DNA of 64,000 bases, from contig CBDFLQ010000007.1 in assembly GCA_965249275.1 (NCBI GenBank), positions 160,001-224,000 of the forward strand, written 5' to 3'. Below the pieces are notes generated by a model. The model did no database searches. It was not told the DNA's origin and saw only the letters and a program-made list of their open reading frames with translations. A program made the position numbers and the translations under genes. This document shows, in pieces, positions 48,776-57,705 of this stretch; the first letter of the stretch is position 1; each line of letters opens with the position of its first letter. The stretch is from Dehalococcoidia bacterium. GTDB taxonomy: Bacteria; Chloroflexota; Dehalococcoidia; Plut-88900.

Positions 48776-50257
48776 TCAGTGGGCAGGTGTCATGGGTCCG
48801 GGGCCACCCTCCTCCCGCCTTGGCGGACTTTCAGCTAATTCTACATCAGCAGGGACGCGTTTCATAAAGAAAGCCGGGACCAAGGCGAGCAGTGACACGA
48901 CAAATGCTACGAGGAAGAAGCCTTCGAAGACGGAAAGGCCGGCCTCCGAGACACGGGAGACGTAGTCTGGGTCGGTGAAGGGGAGGTCGATGTCACGGAC
49001 GAGAATGTCGAATCGGTCGGTACCCCAGGCGGCGATAGCTGCAAGGCCGACGGTCATTCCCATGAGGCGCATAACGGTAAGAAGACCAGAGGCCGACCCT
49101 CGATGGGCAGAGGGGGAGGAGTCGACTGCGGCGGCGGCAATTGGTGCGATGACGAGGCCGAACCCGAACCCGCCGATTACGAGGTGTATGGTCAGCGCGG
49201 GGTCGGTGAGGGAGGTGTCCCAGCCCATCATCAAGAAGAAGGAGACGGCAGCCAGGGCAAGGCCAAGGGCTGTCGGGAGCCGGTAACCTAGTTTCGATAC
49301 CGCAAGGCCACCGAGTATTCCGCCGACGGGGATCGCAGCGGTGAACCGCACCAGCCTGAGGCCGCCCTCCAGGGGTTCTTTGCCCATTACCGTGTCGGTG
49401 ATGAGGGGAACGTTGACCATGGCGATTATAAGGCCGATCCCGACCAGGAAGTGGGTGAGGTTCGCACCGGAGAACGTGGCACGGCGAAACAGGGCCGGAG
49501 GGATGAGGGGATAAGGAATCCGACTTTCTCGCCAGATGAAACCGGCGGCGAGGACGACGGAAAGGACGATGCCGGCGGCGGCGAGGGGTGGGTAGTCGGG
49601 CCAACGGGATATGGACAGGGTAAACAGGACCAGGCTGAGCATGATCCATATGCCGCCCAGGTAGTCTACGGGGGTCTTCCGGCCCGTTCCTCCGGGCACC
49701 AGGAGGAGCAGGAGCAGGATGGAAGCGGCTACGAGGGGGACGTTAATCCAGAAGACCCATCGCCAGTCGAGGAAGTGGTCGAGGAGCGCGCCCCACATCG
49801 GCCCGATGACGCCGCCGAACTCCGCGGAGGCGCCGAGTAGGCCGAGGGCGGGGGCTCGGCGTCCAGGGGGGAACAGGTGGCCGATCATGGCGATAGTGAC
49901 GGGAATGACCGCACCTCCTCCGACAGCCTGGATAACCCGGTAGGCGACGAGGGGCCAGAGGTTATTGGCGATGGCGCAGAGCACGGAACCGACGGCGAAC
50001 AGGAGCATAGCTGAGACGTAGACGGTGCGGTGGCCGTAGACGTCGGAGAGCTTGCCGATGAGGGGCATGCCGCAGGTGTAGCCAAGCAGGTAACCGGTGA
50101 TGATCCAGGAGACCTGGCTAAGGTCGTCGACACCCAGACGGAAGTCACCCATGATGCTGGGTAGGATGGTGACGACGACTACCTGGTCGTCGGCGGCAAT
50201 GAATACGCCGAAGCAGGCGGCGAGGATGGGGATGTAGGGTGAGCGGGTGCGGATCAT
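48776..50257 (-). CDS. DHA2-type MFS transporter (Rv1410c/P55-like)
   Basis: 14-TM pattern; GKLSDVYGHR, RVIQAVGGGA, WRWVFWINVP. Confidence 0.85.
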   Translation of the reverse strand: MIRTRSPYIPILAACFGVFIAADDQVVVVTILPSIMGDFRLGVDDLSQVSWIITGYLLGYTCGMPLIGKLSDVYGHRTVYVSAMLLFAVGSVLCAIANNLWPLVAYRVIQAVGGGAVIPVTIAMIGHLFPPGRRAPALGLLGASAEFGGVIGPMWGALLDHFLDWRWVFWINVPLVAASILLLLLLVPGGTGRKTPVDYLGGIWIMLSLVLFTLSISRWPDYPPLAAAGIVLSVVLAAGFIWRESRIPYPLIPPALFRRATFSGANLTHFLVGIGLIIAMVNVPLITDTVMGKEPLEGGLRLVRFTAAIPVGGILGGLAVSKLGYRLPTALGLALAAVSFFLMMGWDTSLTDPALTIHLVIGGFGFGLVIAPIAAAAVDSSPSAHRGSASGLLTVMRLMGMTVGLAAIAAWGTDRFDILVRDIDLPFTDPDYVSRVSEAGLSVFEGFFLVAFVVSLLALVPAFFMKRVPADVELAESPPRREEGGPGPMTPAH

Positions 50258-50373
50258 GGGGTTTTGGGGGTGTGTGGGTGTTGGTGTAGTCTTTGGATCA
50301 CCCTCACCCTAGCCCTCTCCCATCAAAGGGAGAGGGGACTGGACCCTCCCTCACCTCCTCCGGCAATGAGTGG

Positions 50374-51129
50374 TTAAGAATTAGAACTGATATCAGGTGG
50401 GGCGATTTCGGCGGGGATATCGAAGTCTGAGGGGAGGATGGTCCTGGTGATGTTTGGATCCTCGTCGGAGGACATGGGGCCGAACATGTGGATTTTGTAG
50501 ACCAGGGAGTCGTCTATCCCGACCCAGATACCGACATCTATGGGGAGGCCGGGCTCAGCGGTGGGGGCGATGGAGGTGAGCTGGCCGGAGTCGATGACCG
50601 AGGTGATGTGGTAGGTGGAGATACCTTCGAGAGAGGCCTCACCCTCCAGAACGGGGTCCTTGGCGTCTCGGATGATGCCGCTGATTCCGGTTGCGGGGTC
50701 GAGCAGGGCTGAACTGACGATTCCCCTCTCTATCAGCTCGAATTCATCGGTGAATGGGTTGGTGAGCCAGGTTTCCTCACCTATGGCGATAAGGGAGACG
50801 TCGAAGAAGAATCCACCAGCCCAGGCGCCGACCTCGGCCTCGAGGCGGTCAGGTGCTACGACCTGGCCTGTGACGTCTTCCATCAGAAGGCCAAAGGCGA
50901 TGGGTGTACCGCCGTTTTCGTGGGTCATGGTGAAGGTGAAGAATTGGAGCGCTTGGAAGCGGTCGGCGGCGGCCTGGAGGATGACGGATGGGTCGGGGGG
51001 TGGGGTGGGGGAGGGGGGGGTGGTGGCGACCTCCTGCCCACCCATGCCGCATGCTGCGGCAACAAGAACGCAAGTTAGAGCGGCTATGGCGATGACCGAG
51101 AGAGCGGGATGGAGTGTTGTTTTGCGCAT
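50374..51129 (-). CDS. LppX/LprAFG-family lipoprotein
   Basis: Lipobox AAAC, Pro-rich linker, beta-rich body with LLDPATGISG and C-terminal SDFDIPAEIAPP. Confidence 0.75.
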   Translation of the reverse strand: MRKTTLHPALSVIAIAALTCVLVAAACGMGGQEVATTPPSPTPPPDPSVILQAAADRFQALQFFTFTMTHENGGTPIAFGLLMEDVTGQVVAPDRLEAEVGAWAGGFFFDVSLIAIGEETWLTNPFTDEFELIERGIVSSALLDPATGISGIIRDAKDPVLEGEASLEGISTYHITSVIDSGQLTSIAPTAEPGLPIDVGIWVGIDDSLVYKIHMFGPMSSDEDPNITRTILPSDFDIPAEIAPPDISSNS

Positions 51130-51272
51130 TTTAGAAGTGCCTCTGAGTCATCATGTTAGCACTCTTGGTTTGGGGGCCACAATTAGGTAGGGAGCGGGGA
51201 GTCGGGGCTGCTATGTTAGAATGACCCGCCTCCCCTGTGCGCATTTTGCACCCCTTCGAACAGGAGCGTTCT

Positions 51273-51911
51273 ATGGACGAAGCCACCATCCAAGCGTTGA
51301 TACCCATTGCAATCGCGGCTTACGTGATTGGCTCGATTCCGACAGCAGTCATAGTGGTAAAACGGTTCACGGGGCGGGATGTGATGTCCCTGGGTACGGG
51401 GAACGTCGGGACGATGAACACGCTGAGGGCAACGAACTCGAAGAAGTTGACGCTGGTGGTGCTGCTGGGCGACATGGGCAAGGGGGCGCTGGCGCTGCTG
51501 CTGGGGTGGGGGGTGGCGGTGGGGTTCGGCTATGAACCGGAGCTGGCGATGACTGTGGGAGGGATCACGGCGATAGTCGGGCACAACTACTCGATCTTCC
51601 TGAAGCTGAAGGGTGGCAAAGGGTTAGCGACGGCGGCCCCGGTCCTTCTGTTCATAGAGCCGGCGTTGGCGGGAGTGTGGATTCCGACGTTCCTGGTAAC
51701 CGTCGCGTTGACGAGGCTGATGGTCGCGGGTCAAATATTGGGGACGGTGGCGGCGGCGTTGGTCGGGGTATTCGTCTTCCCGGACACGGCGATACCGGTG
51801 GGGATCTTGTCGGCGATCATCTTCATAAAACACGCGCCGAGAATCAAGAACATCATCGATGGGACGGAGCCCCGGATGTACTACAAGATAAAGAAGTCGG
51901 GGGAGGGTTGA
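51273..51911 (+). CDS. plsY: Glycerol-3-phosphate acyltransferase PlsY
   Basis: YVIGSIP, GTGNVGTMNTLR, DMGKG, GHNYSIF, GGKGLAT, KH..RI. Confidence 0.92.
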   Translation: MDEATIQALIPIAIAAYVIGSIPTAVIVVKRFTGRDVMSLGTGNVGTMNTLRATNSKKLTLVVLLGDMGKGALALLLGWGVAVGFGYEPELAMTVGGITAIVGHNYSIFLKLKGGKGLATAAPVLLFIEPALAGVWIPTFLVTVALTRLMVAGQILGTVAAALVGVFVFPDTAIPVGILSAIIFIKHAPRIKNIIDGTEPRMYYKIKKSGEG

Positions 51912-51936
51912 GGGGGGTGTCGAATTTGCGAAAGCG

Positions 51937-51964
51937 TTGACATAAGCCCTGTGTGCAACATAAT
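51937..51964 (+). promoter_or_regulatory. Orphan sigma70-like promoter
   Basis: TTGACA-N16-CATAAT with no downstream + strand CDS. Confidence 0.4.
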
Positions 51965-52652
51965 GGCCCTTAATCTACCGCGTTTTTGCTCTTTCGGGGG
52001 TTGGTCATCTGGCGGAAGGCTAGTCTCCGGGGTCCGTTAAGAAGTTGAAATCGTGGCTAAAGATGAGGATGATTGGGTAGTTGGACATGGTTGACATCGG
52101 GAAGGTGTATGGGAATTCAGGGGGCTAGGTTGACAACAGTTATATGTGTCCTTATGTCTAGCGATTAGTGCTTTAAGTGTATATGGGAGACATAACAGAT
52201 ATAGTGCGAAGTGCTATAGGGGTGTGTTAGTGGTGGGGGGAGGGGGGGTTTAAGAAGTGGGGGAAAGGGGTTGTGTGGGTGGTGGGCTGATGCCTTAGAT
52301 CCCTCGCGGGGCCTCGGGATGACACGACTAAGGGGGCTGGGCAGTCACTGGGTGTCTAGGGGTCAGGGACAGCGGGAGCTATCAGGGAATGCCCCTGCTC
52401 TTGAGACCCTTTGACGGAGCTCAGGGCGAGCGGAACCCCCGCCCCTTCTGTTCTTGTGGTTTGGCGGACCCTGGATTCCCGATTACTCGGGAATTTCGGT
52501 TATTTGGAGGTGACGCCTCGGTGCACGGGCAAAGTACAACCTCCCCCCGCTCATACTTCGAGAGCCTCAGCACGAGCGGCCCCCCGGGATGGATTCCCGA
52601 TCGGGGTCGGGAATGACGGATATGGAGAGGGGGGAGGGGATAGGTACAGGTC

Positions 52653-53633
52653 CTAGGGGTGGGTTTTGGGGTTGAGGATGGCCTGGAGGACGGTTTGGGC
52701 AGCGGTGTGGGGGTCCAGGGTGGCAGATTCGACTTGTTGGACGAGGGCGGAGAGGTCGGGGTTGGAGGAGATGACGAGGTGAGCCTCCTGGTCGACTCTG
52801 TCTCTGATGATTTCGAAGAGTTCCTGCTTGCGGCGTTCGCTTCTTCGCCGGGCCAGGAGCCCCGACTTCTCCCCGGCTCCCTTGTGCTCGCCTATGAAGT
52901 CGACCAGCTTGTCGATTCCTACATTCTCGACGGCCCTGGTGGACAGGACACGGGGGATCCATTCCCGCGGACGGGTGTCCCAGCTGATGACGGCGGAGAT
53001 GTCTCGGACGACGGCGTCGGCGCCGGGGCGGTCGGCTTTGTTGACGACGAAGAGGTCGGCGATCTCCATGAGGCCGGCCTTCATGGCCTGCATCGCATCG
53101 CCGCCTTCGGGGACGAGGGCCACGATGACGGTATCGGCGAGGCCCATGATATCAAGCTCAGCCTGCCCGACGCCCACCGTCTCGACGATGGTTACGTCCG
53201 TGCCGTAGACGTCGAGGAGCTTAATGGCGTCTCGGGTGGACCTGGGAAGGCCGCCCTGGCTGCCTCTGGTGGCCATGCTGCGGATGTAGACGCCGGGGTC
53301 CCTGTAGTGGCGCTGCATGCGGACACGGTCGGCGAGGATGGCGCCGCCGGTGAAGGGGCTGGTGGGGTCGGCGGCAAGGATGCCGACCTTTGGGTCGGAA
53401 GAGCCGTTCCAGCCCCTGGTCCTGAGGTCGGAGGTTATTCTATCGACCAAGGTGCTTTTGCCCGCGCCGGGGGGGCCTGTGATGCCGATGGTGTAGGAGC
53501 GACCAACGTGGGCGCTGATGCTGTGGATGAGGTCTCGGGCGGCGGGGCCGGAGCGTTCGACGATGGTGATGGCTCGGGCGAGGGCGCGCTTGTCTCCGGC
53601 GAGGAGATTTTCTATGAGTTGGGGGTTGGTCAT
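52653..53633 (-). CDS. meaB: Methylmalonyl-CoA mutase-associated GTPase MeaB/ArgK
   Basis: GITGPPGAGKST, DPTSPFTGGAILADRVRM, ETVGVGQ, KAGLMEIAD, VNKAD. Confidence 0.93.
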   Translation of the reverse strand: MTNPQLIENLLAGDKRALARAITIVERSGPAARDLIHSISAHVGRSYTIGITGPPGAGKSTLVDRITSDLRTRGWNGSSDPKVGILAADPTSPFTGGAILADRVRMQRHYRDPGVYIRSMATRGSQGGLPRSTRDAIKLLDVYGTDVTIVETVGVGQAELDIMGLADTVIVALVPEGGDAMQAMKAGLMEIADLFVVNKADRPGADAVVRDISAVISWDTRPREWIPRVLSTRAVENVGIDKLVDFIGEHKGAGEKSGLLARRRSERRKQELFEIIRDRVDQEAHLVISSNPDLSALVQQVESATLDPHTAAQTVLQAILNPKTHP

Positions 53634-53689
53634 TTCGATTGCAGGCTCACTCTCCTCAGCGATTCTTCGATTCTAGCCCTTTCCCACCC

Positions 53690-54011
53690 CCCCGCTCATA
53701 CTTCGACTAAGCTCAGCACGAGCGGCCCCACGCCACCTTGCGCGTACTTCGATCCTGTTTGTTCCATCCAGATCGCCTACCTCCCCCGCTCATACTTCGA
53801 CTAAGCTCAGCACGAGCGGCCTCACGCCACCCTGCGCGTACTTCGATCCTGTTGTTCCATCCAGATCGCCTACCTCCCCCCGCTCATACTTCGACTAAGC
53901 TCAGCACGAGCGGCCTCACGCCACCCTGCGCGTACTTCGATCCTGTTGTTCCATCCAGATCGCCTACCTCCCCCCGCTCATACTTCGACTAAGCTCAGCA
54001 CGAGCGGCCCC
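53690..54011 (+). repeat. Tandem array of a 94-bp unit (REP-B + about 55-bp linker), about 3.4 copies
   Basis: CGCTCATAC recurs at 53693, 53787, 53881, 53975; linkers nearly identical. Confidence 0.92.
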
Positions 54012-54041
54012 TCCAACACCGGTAATGCCACAGGTCTCTTG

Positions 54042-54959
54042 TCATGAAGAGGGGATAGGGAAACCTACCTTGGCCCAAGTTAGGGAGAAGGAGAGGAATT
54101 CTCTCTGGAGTCGGGTTGGGGGGGTTCTGTCGAGATATGTTATGTATAGTTGACGTTTGAGGGGTACGCCTTCGATTCTTAGGCCGGAGATGCGTCGGGA
54201 GGCGATGGCAGAGCGGGCGGCGAACTCTGAGACGAAGGCGACGCCCAGGCCCGCTTCCACGGCGGAGATGATGGCCTGGGTGCTCCCGAAAACCTGGGCA
54301 TGCCGCCAGATGCGAGCGTCGAAGCCTGCTTTTTCGAGCATGGCGTATACGTTCTGCATGGTCCCGGAGCCCCGTTCGCGGGTGATGAGGCGCTCCTGCC
54401 CCAAGTCGGCGATGGCGATGCTTTTCTTCTCCGCAAGCGGGTGTGAGGAGGGAACGATCAGGACCAACTCATCTTCGAGGAAAGGCTCCAGCTTCATCCC
54501 TCGATGTGAGACCCGGGCGCCGACAAATCCAAGGTCACACTCGGCGGTGCGGACCATATCGGTGATGTTGCCGGTGTCTCCAATTTCGACGGAGGCCTCG
54601 ACTGCGGGATGGAGGGCAATGAAGGCGGCAAGGAGGCCGGGGAGAATGAACTCGCCGGGGACGGTGCTTGCTCCCAAGGCGAGACGGCCACTGACCTGGC
54701 CGGTGAGGTCTTTGAGCTTCTCATCGAAGTCGGAGCGGGCGGCGAGGACTCGGGATGCGAAACGCTGAAACTCTCGCCCGGCGCCGGTCATGACGACGCG
54801 GCGTTCCCGTCGGTCGAGAAGAGGTACTCCTACATCATTCTCCAGCCGTCGGACCTGCTGGCTGACGCCGGGTTGGGTGAGGCCGAGATGCTTGGCAGCG
54901 CCCGAGAAAGAGCCACGTTTGACCACTTCCAGGTAGGTTGTCATGTGATCGATGTTCAT
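54042..54959 (-). CDS. LysR-family transcriptional regulator (CysL-like)
   Basis: GSFSGAAKHLGLTQPGVSQQVRRLE HTH; LGASTVPGEFILP; RERGSGT. Confidence 0.92.
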   Translation of the reverse strand: MNIDHMTTYLEVVKRGSFSGAAKHLGLTQPGVSQQVRRLENDVGVPLLDRRERRVVMTGAGREFQRFASRVLAARSDFDEKLKDLTGQVSGRLALGASTVPGEFILPGLLAAFIALHPAVEASVEIGDTGNITDMVRTAECDLGFVGARVSHRGMKLEPFLEDELVLIVPSSHPLAEKKSIAIADLGQERLITRERGSGTMQNVYAMLEKAGFDARIWRHAQVFGSTQAIISAVEAGLGVAFVSEFAARSAIASRRISGLRIEGVPLKRQLYITYLDRTPPTRLQREFLSFSLTWAKVGFPIPSS

Positions 54960-55111
54960 TAGGGGTAAGGCTGTCTTTGGGTCGGCGAGTGGGCGCTTAT
55001 TACTCGGGGAGATTATATAGCAAGGGCGGGGTGGGGCCGGGGGCTGGTGTAGAATGAGACGCTAGTTGGGTCTCGGAACCTGTGCGTCAACCTGAGAGGA
55101 GAACGGAACAG

Positions 55112-56314
55112 ATGAACCACGTCGAATACATGCGATTGCTTCGGAACGGCCCGATTGAAAAGGAGCTTCCCTTCACGCAGGAGGAGTACGACGAGCGGGT
55201 GGCGAAGGTCCGGGGGGAGATGGGGAATGACGGGCTGGATGGGCTGATAGTGGTCTCGCCGGCGAACTTGCACTATCTATCGGGGTACTACACGTTTTCG
55301 ATCTCCAACCTGACGGCTCTTGTGATTCCGGCAGATGGGGAACCGGGCGTGGTGACGGCGTCGTGCGAGATACCCGCGGCGATCCTATCGGGATGGGTTG
55401 AGGATGTGGTCAGCTTTGCCTGGAACGAAGGCGATTTGATCGCATCCAAGGTGGCAGGGATGCTTGAAGCTCGGGGCCTGGGAGGCAAGAGGCTGGGAAT
55501 AGAGATGGCGCGTGGGGGCCCGATCCCCGGCCTGGTAGAGGAATTGGCTCGAGCGGTGCCTAATGCCTCTTTTGTCGACGCATCCGGAGTCGTGGAGAGG
55601 GTGCGGAAGATCAAGTCGGCCAAGGAGATTGCATACATGCGGGAGGCGGGTCGGATGACGGTTGAGGGGATCAATGCGTCGCTCCAGGCGATAGCGCCGG
55701 GGGTCACCGACAACGACCTGGCGGAGGTCGGGTATGCGAAGCTTATCGGTGGTGGTAGTGAGTTTATGTCAACACCGCCAATCGTGACGACCGGGTATCG
55801 GACCAGCTGGCACCACACGACATTCCGAAGGCTGGCCCTTAACGAAGGAGAGGTGGCATTCTTCGAGTACAGCGGGTGCTACCACAGGTACAACGCCCCG
55901 ATGATGAGGAGCGGTGTGCTGGGAGAGCCGTCGGACGAGGTGAGGAAAATCGGGGAGGCGGTGAAAACGACGCTCGACCTGGTAATAGAGGGGGCAAAGG
56001 CCGGACGAACGTCGCACGACGTGGCTCGGGATGCACACAAGGGGTACGCGGGGCTGGAAGATGAGATGTGGTTTATGGGGATCTGCGGGTACAGTGTAGG
56101 GGCGGGGTTTCCTCCGACCTGGGCAGACGGGGCGACGTTCATAGCGGAGGGGAATGACGAGGTCCTGCAGCCGGGGATGACGTTCCACCTGCCGATCATG
56201 TTCCGGGTGCCGCGCAAGTTCGGGGTGGGGTTGAGTGAGACGATTGCAATTACGGAGGACGGGTGTGAGGTGTTGACGGAGGAGGCGCGGGAGTTGTACG
56301 TGGCGGGGGGTTAG
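55112..56314 (+). CDS. M24-fold hydrolase, ectoine hydrolase DoeA/EutD-like
   Basis: PFTQEEY..R, RYNAPMMR, CGYSVGAGFPPTW, GMTFH, GLSET motifs. Confidence 0.8.
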   Translation: MNHVEYMRLLRNGPIEKELPFTQEEYDERVAKVRGEMGNDGLDGLIVVSPANLHYLSGYYTFSISNLTALVIPADGEPGVVTASCEIPAAILSGWVEDVVSFAWNEGDLIASKVAGMLEARGLGGKRLGIEMARGGPIPGLVEELARAVPNASFVDASGVVERVRKIKSAKEIAYMREAGRMTVEGINASLQAIAPGVTDNDLAEVGYAKLIGGGSEFMSTPPIVTTGYRTSWHHTTFRRLALNEGEVAFFEYSGCYHRYNAPMMRSGVLGEPSDEVRKIGEAVKTTLDLVIEGAKAGRTSHDVARDAHKGYAGLEDEMWFMGICGYSVGAGFPPTWADGATFIAEGNDEVLQPGMTFHLPIMFRVPRKFGVGLSETIAITEDGCEVLTEEARELYVAGG

Positions 56315-56469
56315 GGGCACACTCAGCCGCCCAGTGGTGGATTCTCGACCCTAGTCCTTTTTGCGTCCCGCCCCCGCTCATACTTCGACGGGGCTCCCGC
56401 CTCGGCGGATCTACGACTGCACGAGCGGCCCCTAGGGCAACCATTGGCGTTGTTCTACGGGAATGGGGA

Positions 56470-56492
56470 GGGCGACCGCCGGTCGCCCCTAC
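56470..56492 (+). repeat. REP-D GTAG-type palindrome (GGGCGACCGCCGGTCGCCCCTAC)
   Basis: Related copies at 33075 (split by MITE), 56435, 57447, 57600, 60510; opposite orientation at 11011/12704 (split by IS1182). Confidence 0.75.
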
Positions 56493-56526
56493 GGGGATGG
56501 AGGGGAGGGGGATTGAGGAGGGGAGT

Positions 56527-57294
56527 TTATTGGGCGGTCCAGCCGCCGTCTACGGGCATGGCGTGGCCGGTGACGAAGGATGCGGCGTCTGAGCAGAGCC
56601 AGACTACGGTCTCGCCGATCTCTTCGGGGCGGCCCATTCTGCCGGAAGGGGAGAGGCCCGAAACCCAGGACTCAAGGCCGGGGTCGTCTTTCATGAGCTG
56701 TTTCACGGAGGTGGTGGGGACGTGGGCGGGGCAAACGGCGTTGACTCGTACACCTTGGTCGGCGTATTCGAGGGCGGCAGCCTTGGTAAGTCCGACGACC
56801 CCGTGCTTTCCAGCAACGTAAGCGGCTGTGCCGACTGCCCCGGCGATGCCGTAAATCGAAGAGGTGTTTACTATGGCCCCCGCGCCCTGTTCGAGCATTA
56901 TGGGAATCTCGCGCCTCATGCAGTACCAGATGCTGTTCAGGTTTATTTCGATTACGTGAAGCCAATCCTGTACGGCAACCTGGTGGGTCATGGGTCGGCC
57001 CAGACCGCCACCGCCGCCTGCGTTGTTGTGAGCGCAGTCGAGACGGCCGTAGAGGTCGATAGTATTGGCGATAAGGGCGTCAACCTGTTCTACGCTAGTG
57101 ACGTCGCAGGGGACGAAGGTTGCTTCGCCACCGGCTTCTCGAATCAGGCTGACGGTTTCCGTGCCGCCGGTCTCGTCCATGTCGGAGACGACGACTTGGG
57201 CGCCTTCACGGGCGAAGATTATGGCGGAGGCTCGGCCGAGGCCGGAGCCTGCGCCGGTGACGAGGGCTACTTTGCCGGTCATTGTTTGTGTCAT
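56527..57294 (-). CDS. SDR-family oxidoreductase
   Basis: TGAGSGLG, NNAG, YVAGKHG, VRVNAVCP, VDGG. Confidence 0.93.
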   Translation of the reverse strand: MTQTMTGKVALVTGAGSGLGRASAIIFAREGAQVVVSDMDETGGTETVSLIREAGGEATFVPCDVTSVEQVDALIANTIDLYGRLDCAHNNAGGGGGLGRPMTHQVAVQDWLHVIEINLNSIWYCMRREIPIMLEQGAGAIVNTSSIYGIAGAVGTAAYVAGKHGVVGLTKAAALEYADQGVRVNAVCPAHVPTTSVKQLMKDDPGLESWVSGLSPSGRMGRPEEIGETVVWLCSDAASFVTGHAMPVDGGWTAQ

Positions 57295-57355
57295 GTCGTG
57301 CCTCCCGGGAATTGTACCAACGGCTCGGAACACCCTCTCCTTGACCCTCTCCCAT

Positions 57356-57372
57356 TGTACAGACCGGGGACA
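57356..57372. mobile_element. Short orphan IS481-type end
   Basis: TGTACAGACCGGGGACA identical to 15237-15253; abuts a truncated REP-C (CCCTCTCCCAT). Confidence 0.55.
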
Positions 57373-57705
57373 AGACTCTGCATGGAACCGCTCGACCTTC
57401 GATTCTCCAGAGGCGGACTTTAAGCTAGCTTAGGGTGAGGGGGGGAGGGCGATTCACGAATCGCCCATACGTGGGAGGGGATGGGAGTGTCGAGGGAGAG
57501 AAATGTGAGTGGATAAGTCCTAGATTCCTCGCGGAGCCTCGGAATGACAGGGTAAAGGGCGAGGGTTTGGGATGACAGGGGTGGTTGGGGGAGGGGGAAG
57601 GCGACCAGCCGGTCGCCCCTACGGGGGGAGGGAGCTGAGGGAGGATGACCACGAGAGTTGCCACTACGGGGGAGCGGGGAGGGATGTTTTCAGGGTATGC
57701 CTTCG

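Noticed and set aside
52185-52212. The chromosomal dif/terminus
   Set aside because: The + strand stays G-rich on both sides and both arms deviate from consensus; kept only as a dif-like finding
53690-54011. CRISPR array
   Set aside because: Spacers are near-identical, the repeat is a dispersed REP-B, and no cas genes are present
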